A DNA stretch of 64,000 nt from NCBI GenBank assembly GCA_036172245.1, contig JAYWIR010000002.1, forward strand, positions 930,001-994,000, read 5' to 3'. Below are positions 51,163-64,000 of this stretch, one piece after another. This stretch comes from Raillietiella orientalis (Eukaryota). The notes under the pieces were generated by a model. That model saw only the letters and a list, made by a program, of their open reading frames with translations, searched no databases and was not told the DNA's origin. How positions within the stretch are numbered: the stretch's first letter is position 1; every line of letters begins with the position of its first letter. The position numbers and the translations under genes are program-made.

Positions 51163-54100
51163 TGAAATCCGGCGGAATGTGGCGCCTTCCTGCTGGCTGC
51201 CTCTCTCTTCCTTCCCCCCGAGCTCGCAAAAAGAGGAACGAAAAAAAGAAAAAAAAAAGAAAATCGAAATAAAAATCTAAATTTTGTCGAAATTCAATTG
51301 AGTGGAGAATAAAATTCTCGGAACGAGCGAAACACGTGTAAAGGAGGACGGCGGCGGGCTGGATTTCGGAGTAATCGCTCCAAGGGTAGAGCAACTGCTT
51401 TTTATAGTTGGCAAAAAAATTAATCTCCCGCTCCCTGAGAAAAATCGAGTGAGACGCTGGTTCTCACTCGGTTTCGCTCAGGGAACTGTCTCTCCCGACC
51501 CCTTCGCTCCGCCGTGCGGATGCGCACTCCGACGCAACACTTTCCTCGTTCGCAAAGAGGAGGAAGATCGGTCGTTCTCCCTGATGATGATTTAAACGCG
51601 CTGTTTGGAAGACCGAAAATTCTGGCGAGCGGAAAGTCACAGGAATTGCAATCACCTGGACCCTGAAATTGCCTTTTGGAATCAATCATCCCATCCCACT
51701 GAAATGAGATCACGGACTCTTCGGCCTGTGCATTTCGCAGGAGAAGCGGGGGAGGAAAGGGAGGCAAAAAGGGGGGAGGGGGAAGGAGAGAGGAGGAGGA
51801 CGAAGAAATAAAATAAATTTCTCGAGGGCAGGCTTATTCTTTCGGGGCTGATTCCGAGTTAGATTTAATTCAAAAACTGCCTGCAATCGCATATTCCATC
51901 GACAACCTCCGAATCCCGGAGGACCTCCCGTCTCGTTAATTGCGCAAAACGAATGTCGCATTTGCTTTCAAGTGATTTGTGGCTGTGGGCAGGCTGTCTT
52001 CGGAGGTCGAAGGAGCTGAAGGATTCGAAAAGATGCCTAATTTTTCGACATGTTTTTCTCCGCAGCCCGGAATGCTATAACGTTGTGTTGATCTATTTTG
52101 ATTGTGCGTCCTCCTGCCGGATTGACAAGCTGTTGTCTGGCGAACAATCAATGTGCTCCAGCAATTTTCGAAACGTCATGCTGACATTCAAGACAGATAG
52201 CGAAAAAATGCAGAGGGCACGCATCTGGAAACCCGGTCCAGATACTCCTCCGTGTTGATGAATTCGTCGAGAAGAACAATGGAAGTCGATTTCCCAACGA
52301 TCTCGAAAACCATCTTCCCACTTGCGTCAGTGGCGAGATTTCTTTGCGCGACACGCTCGCGTCAGAGGAACAACAGGAGGAATCAGTTGCGAAAGACGGA
52401 AAATCTGTTTTCGGCCTTTTTTTTTTTTTTCTTTTTTTCTTTTTTCCTTTTTCCCAGTGAGCTCGGAAGCAGCGAACGCTCCAGCAGACATTTGTGCATT
52501 CGAACCACACACGTGCGCTGAATACGCGAGCGTGCACGCGGTGTCTCCTCGGTGTTGATAAATCCGCACACATAAAATAAAGCGCGGCCTTTGCTCGGAG
52601 GATGGCCGAACAGCGAACAACGCCGAGGGTTTTTGCTTCGGGACAACGTGCAGGTGACTTCACGGTCGTCGCCAGTGTCGCACCGAGTGGCGTGCGTCCA
52701 TCCTTTTTTGCGTCTCCTCCCAAGAGAAAGGATCCGCGGGCAGCAGCTCTTCCTGCCCGTAATTTCTGCAAGCAGTGGAGCTGGATGCCGATTCATCTTC
52801 AGTTGACCAGGCCAACGGTTTGCCTGCTCAGCTCTTGGCTCTGCTGCCGATGCCTGCGAGAGCTGCTGCCTGAAGGATGGATGCATCCACGGGAAAGCAT
52901 CGCACACATCAAAGACATGAAACACGCGACCGTCGAGAGGCGACCGTCTTCGGGAATAAGGTCATTAGCGATTGTGGAAATTAAGCGATGCGAGGTGGGT
53001 CTTGGCCGCTCTGCATAGCAGGCGAACCAAACTTTTCGAGATTACTGTGGCCTGAGCGTGCGCTTCCTATTGTAATCAGGAGTTGCATGATGGGAAAGAC
53101 GAATGAAATCCCATCACATGCACTCCACGTATTACACAGTCCCTGATGGATGAGATGGGATTTTTCAACGATGACTGTAATACTGCTGACTACACACGAA
53201 ATTTCAGTACGGTTCTCTCTGCTCTTTAAACTGGAGACAAGGTTAATTCCTTGGTGGATATTTTTGCTCTTCAGATCATGACAGATAACTGTGCTACTGA
53301 TGCTCGAAGATAATCTTTCAGGATCAGAGTCTAATCTCTTATTAGTTATTTCCTTATACTGAAGCCACTTTTCTATTGCAGGACACGAAAAAAAAATGCC
53401 TTACAAGGGATTACTGAGATCTTCCTGCTTTAGAACATGGTATAGAATTTTTTTTTTCTCTGATCTCAAAGGAACTGCTTGTCTAATTAGTGATTTATGC
53501 TTCTCAACCAGAATGCCATACGAGGAATTTGACCATCCTGAGGGCTAAGTGAAACAGAATCTTCAAACAAATCTTCAGGACTGGAATTTCCTGGTCAAGA
53601 TTCCGAAGAAAACGAAGCACATCCTTTCCGGTACAAATCTTTACACCACTGTTTTCTTAAAAAAACTGAGTGAAAGAGATGGTTGGACTTTCGACGTCGC
53701 CCTAAGAACGTGGAGTGAGCCAGCAAAAGCTTCGCACATGCGCACAACAGATTTCTCGTCAGCACAATACTGCCATATTAAGAAGCGGCAGAGCTGCATC
53801 CCTCTCAGGAACCAAATCTAAAGCAAATGCTATCAAGGGGAGATCTGTATTTGCCTTGCTCTGATGAATGTTGTTGGCTTGATCGTCTCAAGATTTTGAG
53901 CAAGGCCACTGAGTATCATGAGTGCACTGGTGGTCACTCATCATACACTAATGTTGCAGCTCCATCAGCCAGGCATATAAAGGAAATAACAGCTCGCGAT
54001 TCTAAAGGTGGATGTTGAACGCATCTGCGGGAGAAAAAAAGCGGCCCAATCCGTCCGGATGTGAGGATTCCCAATCGAATGTACCAATATTACTGAGGAA

Positions 54101-54705
54101 TGTCCCAATGTGCGTGGCTTTCTCTCTCTCCACATGACCAGTATCGGAAACAGGAAATGCCACTGTAGAAATTCGCTCCCAATGTAGGCACTGGAGGAAA
54201 GTTGGGATTTCCAGCATGCCTAGCGTGGAAATTCCCCCAAAGCACACCTCTCCTTGAAATATTCCCTTCAATACTGTATCAAAGGAAACTTAATCGGAGT
54301 CCTTGGACGCTCCATCCAAACAGGCAAAAATACCTTATTTGCACGAAAGCAACAAGGCCAGTCTCCTGGAAATCCCATAGATTTTCTTCAGAATGCCGAA
54401 AATGGCGTCGTAAACGCACAGGGATGGCGGTCTGTTCACCTGTCTATGGGCGATTGGTGCATTTCTGCCCTCTTTGAGGGAAGGAAAAACTCAAGGGAGC
54501 TCTAGAGGAAAGCATGCAAGCGGCGTTCCAGGTTTTCGTATTTTAAACTGAAAAGTCGGTTTTTCTCTGTTTACTCAACCGATAAGCAAACAGAAGAGAA
54601 CTGATTTTTCAATCCACATAAATACATTGAACACCACATTAAATACATTAAAGAGATTTCACTATCCATTCAGATAAATAACTTGGAGGACATACATCCT
54701 GAAAC

Positions 54706-54814
<109 letters not shown>

Positions 54815-57800
54815 CCAATAGCGAAGAGTTGACGCATGCTCATGGCATAGATGCGTGGATGCAAAAGAAGGAATAAATAAGGATCATCATCCAGCAAGTT
54901 AAATAGAGACCATGAACCCAAAGAGTGCGGGAAAGGTTTTCCACAGCTTCACTCGTAGTTGAACCCGCTCAGCTCGTGAACACACGGAACGCGCTCCTTT
55001 GTGGTTCGAAGTTGGGTCCCCTAGCAGAAAGCCCCGTTGTTCAGCCAACTTTGCGTGGGAAAAAAAAAATCCCGAAGGAGTGATCCTCTATCGAAATTCT
55101 ATCTTTCACGGCTGGATGCATCTCCTCCTATCTCACGTCAATCCTATGCAGGCTGATGGAGCTATCCCTTCTGCCGCTTACAAAATCCAGACAGTTGACT
55201 TTGCCCGAGTTCAATAAATCTAAATATCTTTCTTTCTTCTTAGTAATCCAGGCAATCTTAATGAAGAGATTACACAGCAACCTTTTGACTTTGATGGCTG
55301 CTTCAAGAAAATGAAGCAGAATATCAGATCGTGTTACCAATACAGTCTTTCCCGTGAGCAAGAGCAAGGCCATCCGACAGCATATTCCTCAACTTCCTGT
55401 TTGGAATAACGGATCAGCTGATTGCAAACAGAAATGCATTCCTAGTAGTATCCATCCGCATGTTCCATCCACCACCAAATGCTATTTACGGTCGGCGTCC
55501 TCGTCAGTTAGAGTCGCATGGCTGAGGAATCTCGAAATCCTTGGATTTCACCGTCGCTCTACCATGTCGGGAAGAAACCCGAACCTTCTCTCCGATTCTG
55601 TTAGATATCAAGGAGACAGCTGAGATGAAGAAAGGACTCAAGCTCCTGGTTTGCCTTTCAGCCTTCCTTCTTCTATCTGTGCAACTTGGTAGAGGGTCTT
55701 CGTCGCAACCGATTGGCTCCGTTCACTTTTCCCCACGCAAAAGAATTCGCATTTCAGCATGTTCCTGGAGAAGTTTCCCTGCATCTGTGATCCCTGCGTG
55801 ATTCAACAGGAAATTCCATCTGCGCAGGCATCGCAATAAATTTCAGTTAGAGATGATGAGGTGGGTGAAGCTCGTTTCCGAGGAAAGTTGCTTCCGACCC
55901 AAGAATCCGAGAGACGTGCTACGAGGAAAATCCTCTTTCTAAAAGCCAGAAATCACCAATAGTGGCATTTGACTCGGAGGATCCCAGATTTCGCCATTCT
56001 CAGATTCTCGAGAAGATGCATTGATTTCCACTTCTGAAGCAGTTCTTTTGTTAGCGGAAGCGACCCAAAATAGAAGCGATCAACTCCGAAGAAGGCTATA
56101 AATAGAAAGAACATGATTGATGGAGACATGTCACCGGATTCATCCACTCTTAGTAAAACTACTAATAATTATAAAGACTAGAGGAAGAGAAGCACGGTTA
56201 TTGCATCATCTCCTTACTTTCATTTCTGTTCCGGTTGCGGACGAGGGAATGTTTCATTTTACATCAATCGCACCTTTCTGCAAGAAAAAAACACCTCCAT
56301 TGCAAGCAACTGCAGAAGTGCACAGAGGACCCCAATCGTTGTGTGTGTTCCAAATTTGAGGAGGGGGGCACTGATTGCATTTGCAGCGTTGCAGCATCTT
56401 GGCGGTTTCAGACAATCTCGTGCAACGAATAGAGCGCGCCTCTTTGCTCCGGATGCATTCTATTTCATCCCCTCCAAACTTTGCTACCTCAAGTCCTGTT
56501 GGGCACGGACTGCTTGCTTCCCAGCAACGCAGCCTCCTCAGCAGAAGAATGAGCAACGGAATCGGCATGGGTAACTCACGGAGCTTTCTTTTTTCATACG
56601 GCTTTCTCCAATTCTATCCCGAACGCATTCCCTCAGGTTGTTCTGCGGGGGAGTGTAGTGGGAAAATCAAAGGATTGCTTTTGAAATTTAGCAGAAGGAT
56701 AAATTCCGACTACATAATCAGAGTAAGGAAATGTCAGCCTAATTTTGCTGCTAACACGGTTTGAATCCAAAGCAACGGCTTCCGCCATCTTATCTTCATG
56801 CAGCATCCTTTCGCTCGTTCCTTTTTTCGAAAAATCAGTCTTGGTCGCGAAATATCAAGCACTGGAAGAGATCGATAGCGAGCAAGTTTTTTGCATACGG
56901 TGCATACCATGTTCGGGAGGCTGCATCTTAAAAATGACATTGGAATGTGTTGCAATGCTGCTTGCTTGATACCTCAATGAGATTACAGCTTCGTTAAGCC
57001 GGACGGTTGTGAATGTGACCAAACCTCAATCAAAGAAAGTGATTGAGGTTTGGTCCATGCATCTTGTGCGAAGACACCGAACGAACGCATTTTAGTGGCA
57101 CTGCGCTGCTTCAGCTTAGGAAAGCGTGCGAACCGATTTTCGTTCCGACTGAAGATGCTGGAGATCATCTTAAGTTTTCTTGCTCCAGAAACGTCTTGGA
57201 AAGATACGCTTCTCATAGCACACAGTAGGCAGTACGGATCCTTCCCGCGGAAATGCAGTCGAGACTTGCTGGGACTGAGAGGCTGAACGAAACAGAAATC
57301 AGAAATCGGGGGATGATGATTCATCTCGATCATCTCAGTAGCACAAGGAAGCCAAATCCTTACTTACCTCTTGCAATCCTGGATTGCGTTCCTGCTGCAT
57401 TGTTCCTCCCATTGTGTTCAGCATGGGAAGACCATGAACTCTCTGCAGTGCTCTTTGAATATTCTGCACCTTCAATTGTACTTTGCAGAAGAGGACCGCG
57501 AAGATATTTCCTCTTGCTTTTCGATTTCGAATCAGCTGATTTCAGGGATCAGTTGATTTCGCGTCGTCCCGAGTAGGATGTAGCGCGTCTTCCATTTTGA
57601 TCGAGCAGTTGTTGGTGCTCAAAAGCCTCCATCTTAGAATGGGAACAGTCACAAAACCACCGTCTATCACAATAGAGGGATCATGGAACCCCGAAAAGGA
57701 AGCAAACAAACATCGGAAAAGCTGAATTTTTCCCTGTATCGCTTGTCAAACAGGTTTCTCTCCCCCCCCCCCCCCAACTTCATGATCTCATTAACTCCGT

Positions 57801-60800
57801 AAGAGAGATTGGTAATTTGGTTAATGGCGTCGTTCATCCGGATTTAGTATTTATAAATAACAGATATTATTCCCGAATCCCAAGTTACTTAAATGCAGTC
57901 ATAAGCGTGATGGATGGCAAAGGAAGAACGGAGCTCCGATCTTAATTGCGGTATGCACAAATCTGAAGGTAAAGACTGATTGCGGAGATGACCGGAAAGT
58001 GCCTGTCATTCCTATCTTCGATTGGAAGCATTCGGTGATGCGTCCATTCATCCCGGATTTCCTCACCTCCCGGTCTCTCCCTGCTAGCAGTCCTCCGCAT
58101 GTCGATTTCCCCCAATCGCATCCGCCCCTGGCTTGAATCCAGAAACCTCAGCGTAGCTTTCGAGCCTCTGGTTCTCCGTCGCTGAGATACCAGAAATTAC
58201 TGATACCATGCGTCAGTGGCACAAGATTCGCCTCGCCAGATTAATATTCCCGGTGACTGTGTACACACGACTGTGCACGTTTGCCACCGTGAAGAGATGT
58301 ACTCTCGCTGGGAAGCCCAAGTTTCGAGCTCCATTATTCTGCTAATAATTTGGCATCTTGAAAAAATCTGGACGATAATTGAGAGCGGTTCGCCTGCTTC
58401 CTAATCTTCAACATTTTATCAAATTTCCCGGGAGTTCCAGGAAAGAATCCCTGTCTTCCCCTCCCCCTCCCTCTCTCTCTTTATAAATAAGATTAAAGGC
58501 GAACGAAAGTTTAAAAAGGATTTTTAACTCGGAGTAATTTAATCATGTATTCTGGCTAATTGATTTTATGGCCAGAGACTGGCATCTGATAGAAGAACTG
58601 GTCATTTGTGCGCCTCTCAGCTAAGCGAGGGACCGTGCGTTGTCTGTCTGCAACAGCGGAAGATGGAGTCGGTCACGAATTCGTTTTCGTTTACTCAGGT
58701 GGAACCATAAAAAATGGCTCATCTCCTTCTTTGCGAACGACGAGGGGAAGAGTTCTGGACTCGGTGCAGCCGCCGAAATCGTTCTTGCACTCTTCGTGGA
58801 AGCCATCAGGATCTTTGAAGTGCAATCGATGAAGTGGAATTCTTTCCATCAGCTGGAATTCCATTTTCCGGGATTCCTCCAGACGAAGAAGCGAAGGGGA
58901 ACAAACATTTCCTTTTGGAAATCGCGTTTACCAAATTGCAAGAAAAGAGGCGCTAAGAGTGAACTGGGAGACGCTCGTCACGAAATTCGGACTCGGGAAC
59001 TTTGTGCTGGCGAAGCAAACATGCCCTTCGTCTCTCATCACATCAAACGCGACCAATTCCAGAGCAAAGAGCCGGCTGCGTGCTTCCTTCCAAAGAACCA
59101 GTACTGAAGTGATCGCGCATGATGGTATCCAAGCACGCTCATCACCAGGAGGCCGTTTCCATGCGTACGGAAACAGATCGCACTTCCAATCATCGGTGGG
59201 GAAACATTTGGATACTCGGCGTTCCGAACACAGATCTGTTTATTCCCTGAGATCTCCTTAGACAGCAAACCCAAGTGCATGCGTCTGTGCCTTGCATCGG
59301 CATACGCAGGATGCTGCTGCTACTGGATGCACCTAGCAGCATTCGGTGATGAGTTCTATTAGCACGTGTGGCTACCGTACATGCATACCCAAGAAATTGA
59401 AAATTTCTCGAGGAAACCATAAATTACATTGGTAATAATAACCAGACAGTAAATTTGCTTAGGTTAATACAGAGGAAGATTAATAAATCTCTCATAAATC
59501 TGATTCTAATATAGGATTTAGCAGCTAAGGGAACCATTTCGAGAGATTCTGTTCCATTTTGCATCAGAGTTCCAAGGAATCATATTGCCTATTATCATGA
59601 GATGATACAGGAGGCAGTGTCAGTTATTAAAATGCGTGCTACAAAGTGTTAAACAAGCATGCACATCTCGGGATGAAAGCACTGCTAATTATTATAGTAG
59701 CCATGAAGAGGCTTTTTTTTTTTTCTTTTTTTTTCTCCTTCCTTATATAAGAGCTTGACAGGCATCAACAAACAAGCATTTTCATATCTTCATGGTCTGT
59801 AATCTACGAGATTTATTTGGATACTTGATTGAAAATTTGAGGAAATGCTCTGCCGATGTCAAATGAAGGAAACGGCATTCGCGGGGGAGCAATGTGGAGG
59901 AGCATTCGAACTCGAAGGGTTGGTCCAGACGATGGAAATCTGCGAGTTTTCTCGGAGTGGCGCCCAAGTGTCAGCAGGCTCCTCGGATGCAGCACACTGA
60001 ATCGTGTCCGATGTGAGACGTTATGGAGAAGTGCAGTTCTTCCCGTTCTGCACCCGAGGGCTCGCAAATAAAATAACACAGGGAGACGGACAAAATCAAA
60101 CGCCAATTAACTCTCTACGCCATCATTAACTTTCTCTTTCTCTGTGCTGTGATGTCGCCTCTTGTTGATCCGAACCTTTATTTGCATCGTCCGTTGCCAC
60201 GAGACGGAGAAGGAAGATTACGGCAGTGTCTAAAGAGATCGGAAATTGCATTGTTTTAGAATTTCCTCGATACTTAGTTACCCTATGACATATGGAACCC
60301 CCTTGATAGAAATCAAATCATCTCAGAATCCCAAGAGCATTCGCGAAGGAAAATCATTCTAATTTCTCGTAAGCTTCCGTTGGCAAAACGAATTATCAAG
60401 AAAGACAGATCTTGTCGATTTTATTTTCTTTTTCTCCCTTTTGATTCTCACGAATCTAAGATGCTGGAGAAACCGGGCTCTGAGAATCTAGAAATGACAC
60501 ACAACGAAACCATTTGTTATGTGAGGTATGATTTATTTGAAAATCGAAATAAATAACCGCATTTGCATATGGCAGTGTACAGGCAGTCGTGTTCTGCCCA
60601 ATACCGAGGTAACGGCGCACACAAACTCCGATGCTTACACAATTGCCGTTCATGGCTCCTGGCAAACATGTGGTCCCTGACCATGTGTTACTCGGGAAAG
60701 AAGCAGCCATGCAGCGCCTTCGCTGGAAGCAGGCGTTTTCCTTTATTCGCTTGCGTTTGCTTTATTTATTTATTTTTTTAAATTTTGTTACATACAAGGA

Positions 60801-63800
60801 GGATTTCGGAAAACGAAATTCAAGCCTTCCCAATCATCCAAACGTGAGAAAGCATGAGAAAGACACAAATTCTCCGCTTTCTTGCCTGCAGGACATTCAA
60901 AGAGATGGTCTTCCACCGTACGCAAACGCTCTCTATAAGAAATTTCTGAAAGCCCCTTCCAAAAAAATGCTGCCAATACTGTCTATCAACAGGTAAGCAC
61001 TTATAAAATACTCATTAAATGCATTTAGCAGAAAATTCAAGCCGCACTGAGGATACTGCATCCGCAGACACACGAAAGTATTCATGGCTGCATCTGTCCT
61101 TCGTTGTTTCCTTATTTTGTCTCCCAGAGAGAGAAGGAGTCCAAAGCAGACAAAACGATGGGCACCCAAGCTGAACGATGTTTGCATATTGTTTCTCCGA
61201 GAGGAGTGTACAATTAAGGGATACCTGGTTCCCTACTCATCCCAGATTGCACCCTCATCTGGCCCCCAGCCTTGCGATCGCCTGCCAGGAGTATCGGGTC
61301 AATACGTGATTCATAACGGAAACGCCAATTGCGTGGACGGAAGTGCATCATGGTCCTTTATCCATCCACAAATCTAGGTATGACTTCCAGGCTGTAACTC
61401 TCGGCTCCGAGCATTTGCTACCTTTCTGCGTTTGCAGGATGTTTAACCAGTGACTTCGAGGGCTGTCCAACGCTGCGTGCAGCTTCCTCGGTACTCATAT
61501 CTTTTCTTCAAGACTTCACTACATTTCTGGATAATAAAAATCTGAGGTTCCTCCGTCCGTCTTGCAAGTGCTTTGGTTCCACCGTGGCAAGCGAGATGCT
61601 CTCATCTGAGTAGGGTTCAACCAATTCTTGGGTTTTGGCTCCAGCGGTGTGCTGCGTCCTTCGCAGCACTGCCGCCTGTCACTTTATCTTAAAACGAAAT
61701 GCAGGATTCTCAACAACTCCCAACGCTTTCGTTCCCCGATCTTTTTTCTTTGAAGGTTTTGACCCGAAGGTTCTCGAAGGAGTATTTTTGTAATCCGTTG
61801 GACTCATTCAAAGGTGATGGGATTCCATTTGTGCTTCCAATAATCCTTTGGCATCGTAGCTAATTGACGTTACTGCTGCTTGCTGCTTGAGATCTTCCTT
61901 GTTTCAGAAACGAAGCCATGAAAGTGATTTTTGACTTCAAATATGCCCAGCATTTTGTGGCTAGCTTGGGTACTTCTCCCTTTGGATAAGAGATCTTTGT
62001 ATCTATCTCCTCGACAATGATAAGGAACGAACAGAGGAAACTGGGATGAGCGGTCTCTAGCTGCTTCATTCCACTGTGGACTCGATGCTCCGCCGTGCTT
62101 TAGAAAATCCTTCTGCCAGGATGTGCTGCTTAAAGATTTTCACCTTATGCATGCGACTCTTGAGAGTAGCGATTATGGTACGCGTGCATTGGATTCTTTG
62201 CAATGCGTTTATGGAAAATACAATGCTTCCATGAGATAATCCCTAGAGGGTTTTTTTCAAAGGCGTGACATTTGGGACTCCAATCTTCGGATATGCGCCA
62301 TGGTGCTTTGTTGTGCAGCTGAATCTCTGTGGTTACAGTAATCTCTCTTGCCATGAATGTGGTCAGTCTTATAAACGATGAAAAAGACCTCGAGGAATGC
62401 ACATTTTGTTTCTTTAAGTAAAATTCATTGACAATGGTGAGCTTATTCTTCTCTACTGTATAGCTTTCATGTACAGCCATCGATCAATCCTCCTAAATTT
62501 AAAAAAAAAAAAAGAAGAAATAAGGATTTCTGGAAGTTTTATTAGCATCTGGACACAGCGTCTATCTAAATTCTTGAGTGCGTCAGTCTGTTTATAAATT
62601 TCGTGAGGTTGCCATGCCATTTTGCATCTAGAAGGAATCTTCGCTGATGATCCTGTACGAATATGATCAGGATAAGAAACCAACTGGATTGTGATGAGAC
62701 TCAGGTATTGCATTCTTCGTTAGCTGATCCTTGAAAATGGAAGTAGAACATGTCAGGAAACGAAATGCAGTGAGATGAAGAGCCCGTACCAACAGCCAAA
62801 TTCATGGCCATCGAATGCAGAAAAGCTATTTCGGAAGATAAAGCACGAAAACTCAGGAAGTAATAGCGAAACACATCATCGGGAATAAACAGAGCCGTTG
62901 CGCAATCGCTAGGAATCAGTTACAAGCTGCATGAGAAGACAGTGGGAATTCAAGAAGGAAAAATTCCTGAGTTTTCAGGCGTAGAAAGGATCACTTCCGA
63001 CTCTTCTGGAAAGCTTGCATTTCAATCCCTTGTCAATAAGGAGAGGTGGTCTCATTCTGGAAGGCTTCTGGTACTGTCACTGATCCAGATAGAATTTTAC
63101 AAGCTCAACCATTCCCTCAAGATTCGAGGGCTGTCACTTTTGACGTGCAAGTCATCTACAGCACAGTGGGTTTAAGGGACAGAGACCCTGGTAACGATGG
63201 GAAACTTTGTGAGACTGGGCTGGAGAACCACCTTCTGCACGACCACCTTTTCTTTTTCTCGCTTTCATCGACGCCTATTGAAGCTACGAGGCCAGTCATC
63301 AACGCTTGCCTGTTCTCCTTTTCTCACGTCTTCGCAAACACATCCACCAGCCAAACAAGAGGGAACAGAGCTTACGCAAAGGCCGCACTCGCACTGTTTG
63401 GAGACCACGCCCTCGAGGGCAGGCAGCAGTGCAAAGAGCACGGAGGCTGTTCCGTGGATCTCTTTTTCTCCGTAGAGACGAACTCGAGGGAGAAATCCAA
63501 ATCTCTGCGAACCGGAAAACTGGAGCAGCCTCCATTTCCAAGAAAAGAGTTGTGGTCAGGAAGACGAGGGGGTCGAGAAGTCTCAGAGCAGAGCGCAAGG
63601 GGAGCTTTCACTGCTGAAAGCCCGCCTGAGATGCTTGAAAGGATCGAACGAATCCCACATGGATGCGAGCGTCGAAATTCGGTGAAGGCAACGGAAGATG
63701 TCCAGATCAGAAGTGGAGAGCTGGATCAACGACTGGATGAATGCGTATCCGATTCTAAGGACACACACCAAGATGTGACTTCTGTGGGAGAACTGATCAG

Positions 63801-64000
63801 AGTGGGGTGGGATTCGCACGGGATCTTCTCAGCATTGCAAATGTGGCTGAGTGATGGCAGGTGAAAGCATGATCAGTTTGCGGAGAAGGCAAAGACAAAC
63901 TGTCTTCCGAATGACCCTGATAAGATGCAGACCACCGTTGCGAGAAGACTTCACTTCCAAGTCCCGAATTCTCGGGAAAAAGCTGTGCCAGGCCGTGGAG

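Noticed and set aside
63046..63864. 272-aa plus-strand ORF
   Set aside because: Non-ATG start, no recognisable domain or transposon motif, and no convincing splice structure.

Overview
This is eukaryotic, almost certainly arthropod, genomic DNA. It contains the 5' part of one large minus-strand gene, an orthologue of the cut/CUX homeobox transcription factor. Five phase-consistent coding exons can be read from the sequence: 25814-25870 (MDWLFKKDRIFLLAQFWQQ), 20721-20900 and 11493-11674 (coiled coil), 9255-9379, and 8567-9175 (first CUT domain). Together they give 1153 nt, about 384 aa. CUT2, CUT3 and the homeodomain presumably lie beyond position 1. The rest is intron and about 38 kb of upstream DNA with no recognisable gene, many microsatellites and homopolymers, a roughly 19 kb GC/CpG-rich domain around the first exon, and several dense transcription-factor motif clusters. 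The main observations are a POU-octamer plus Su(H) cluster at 37.5-38.7 kb, a candidate internal first exon (METASLARFHPYPKLLL) in the intron after CUT1, and a short ORF ending 1 nt before the cut start codon that is either a uORF or the true N-terminus split by a 1-nt indel. I found no CRISPR array, RNA gene or intact transposon, and no clearly novel biological system beyond these regulatory and isoform candidates. Most ORF-track entries look like chance ORFs in GC-rich, low-complexity DNA. All homology statements are from memory, not from searches.
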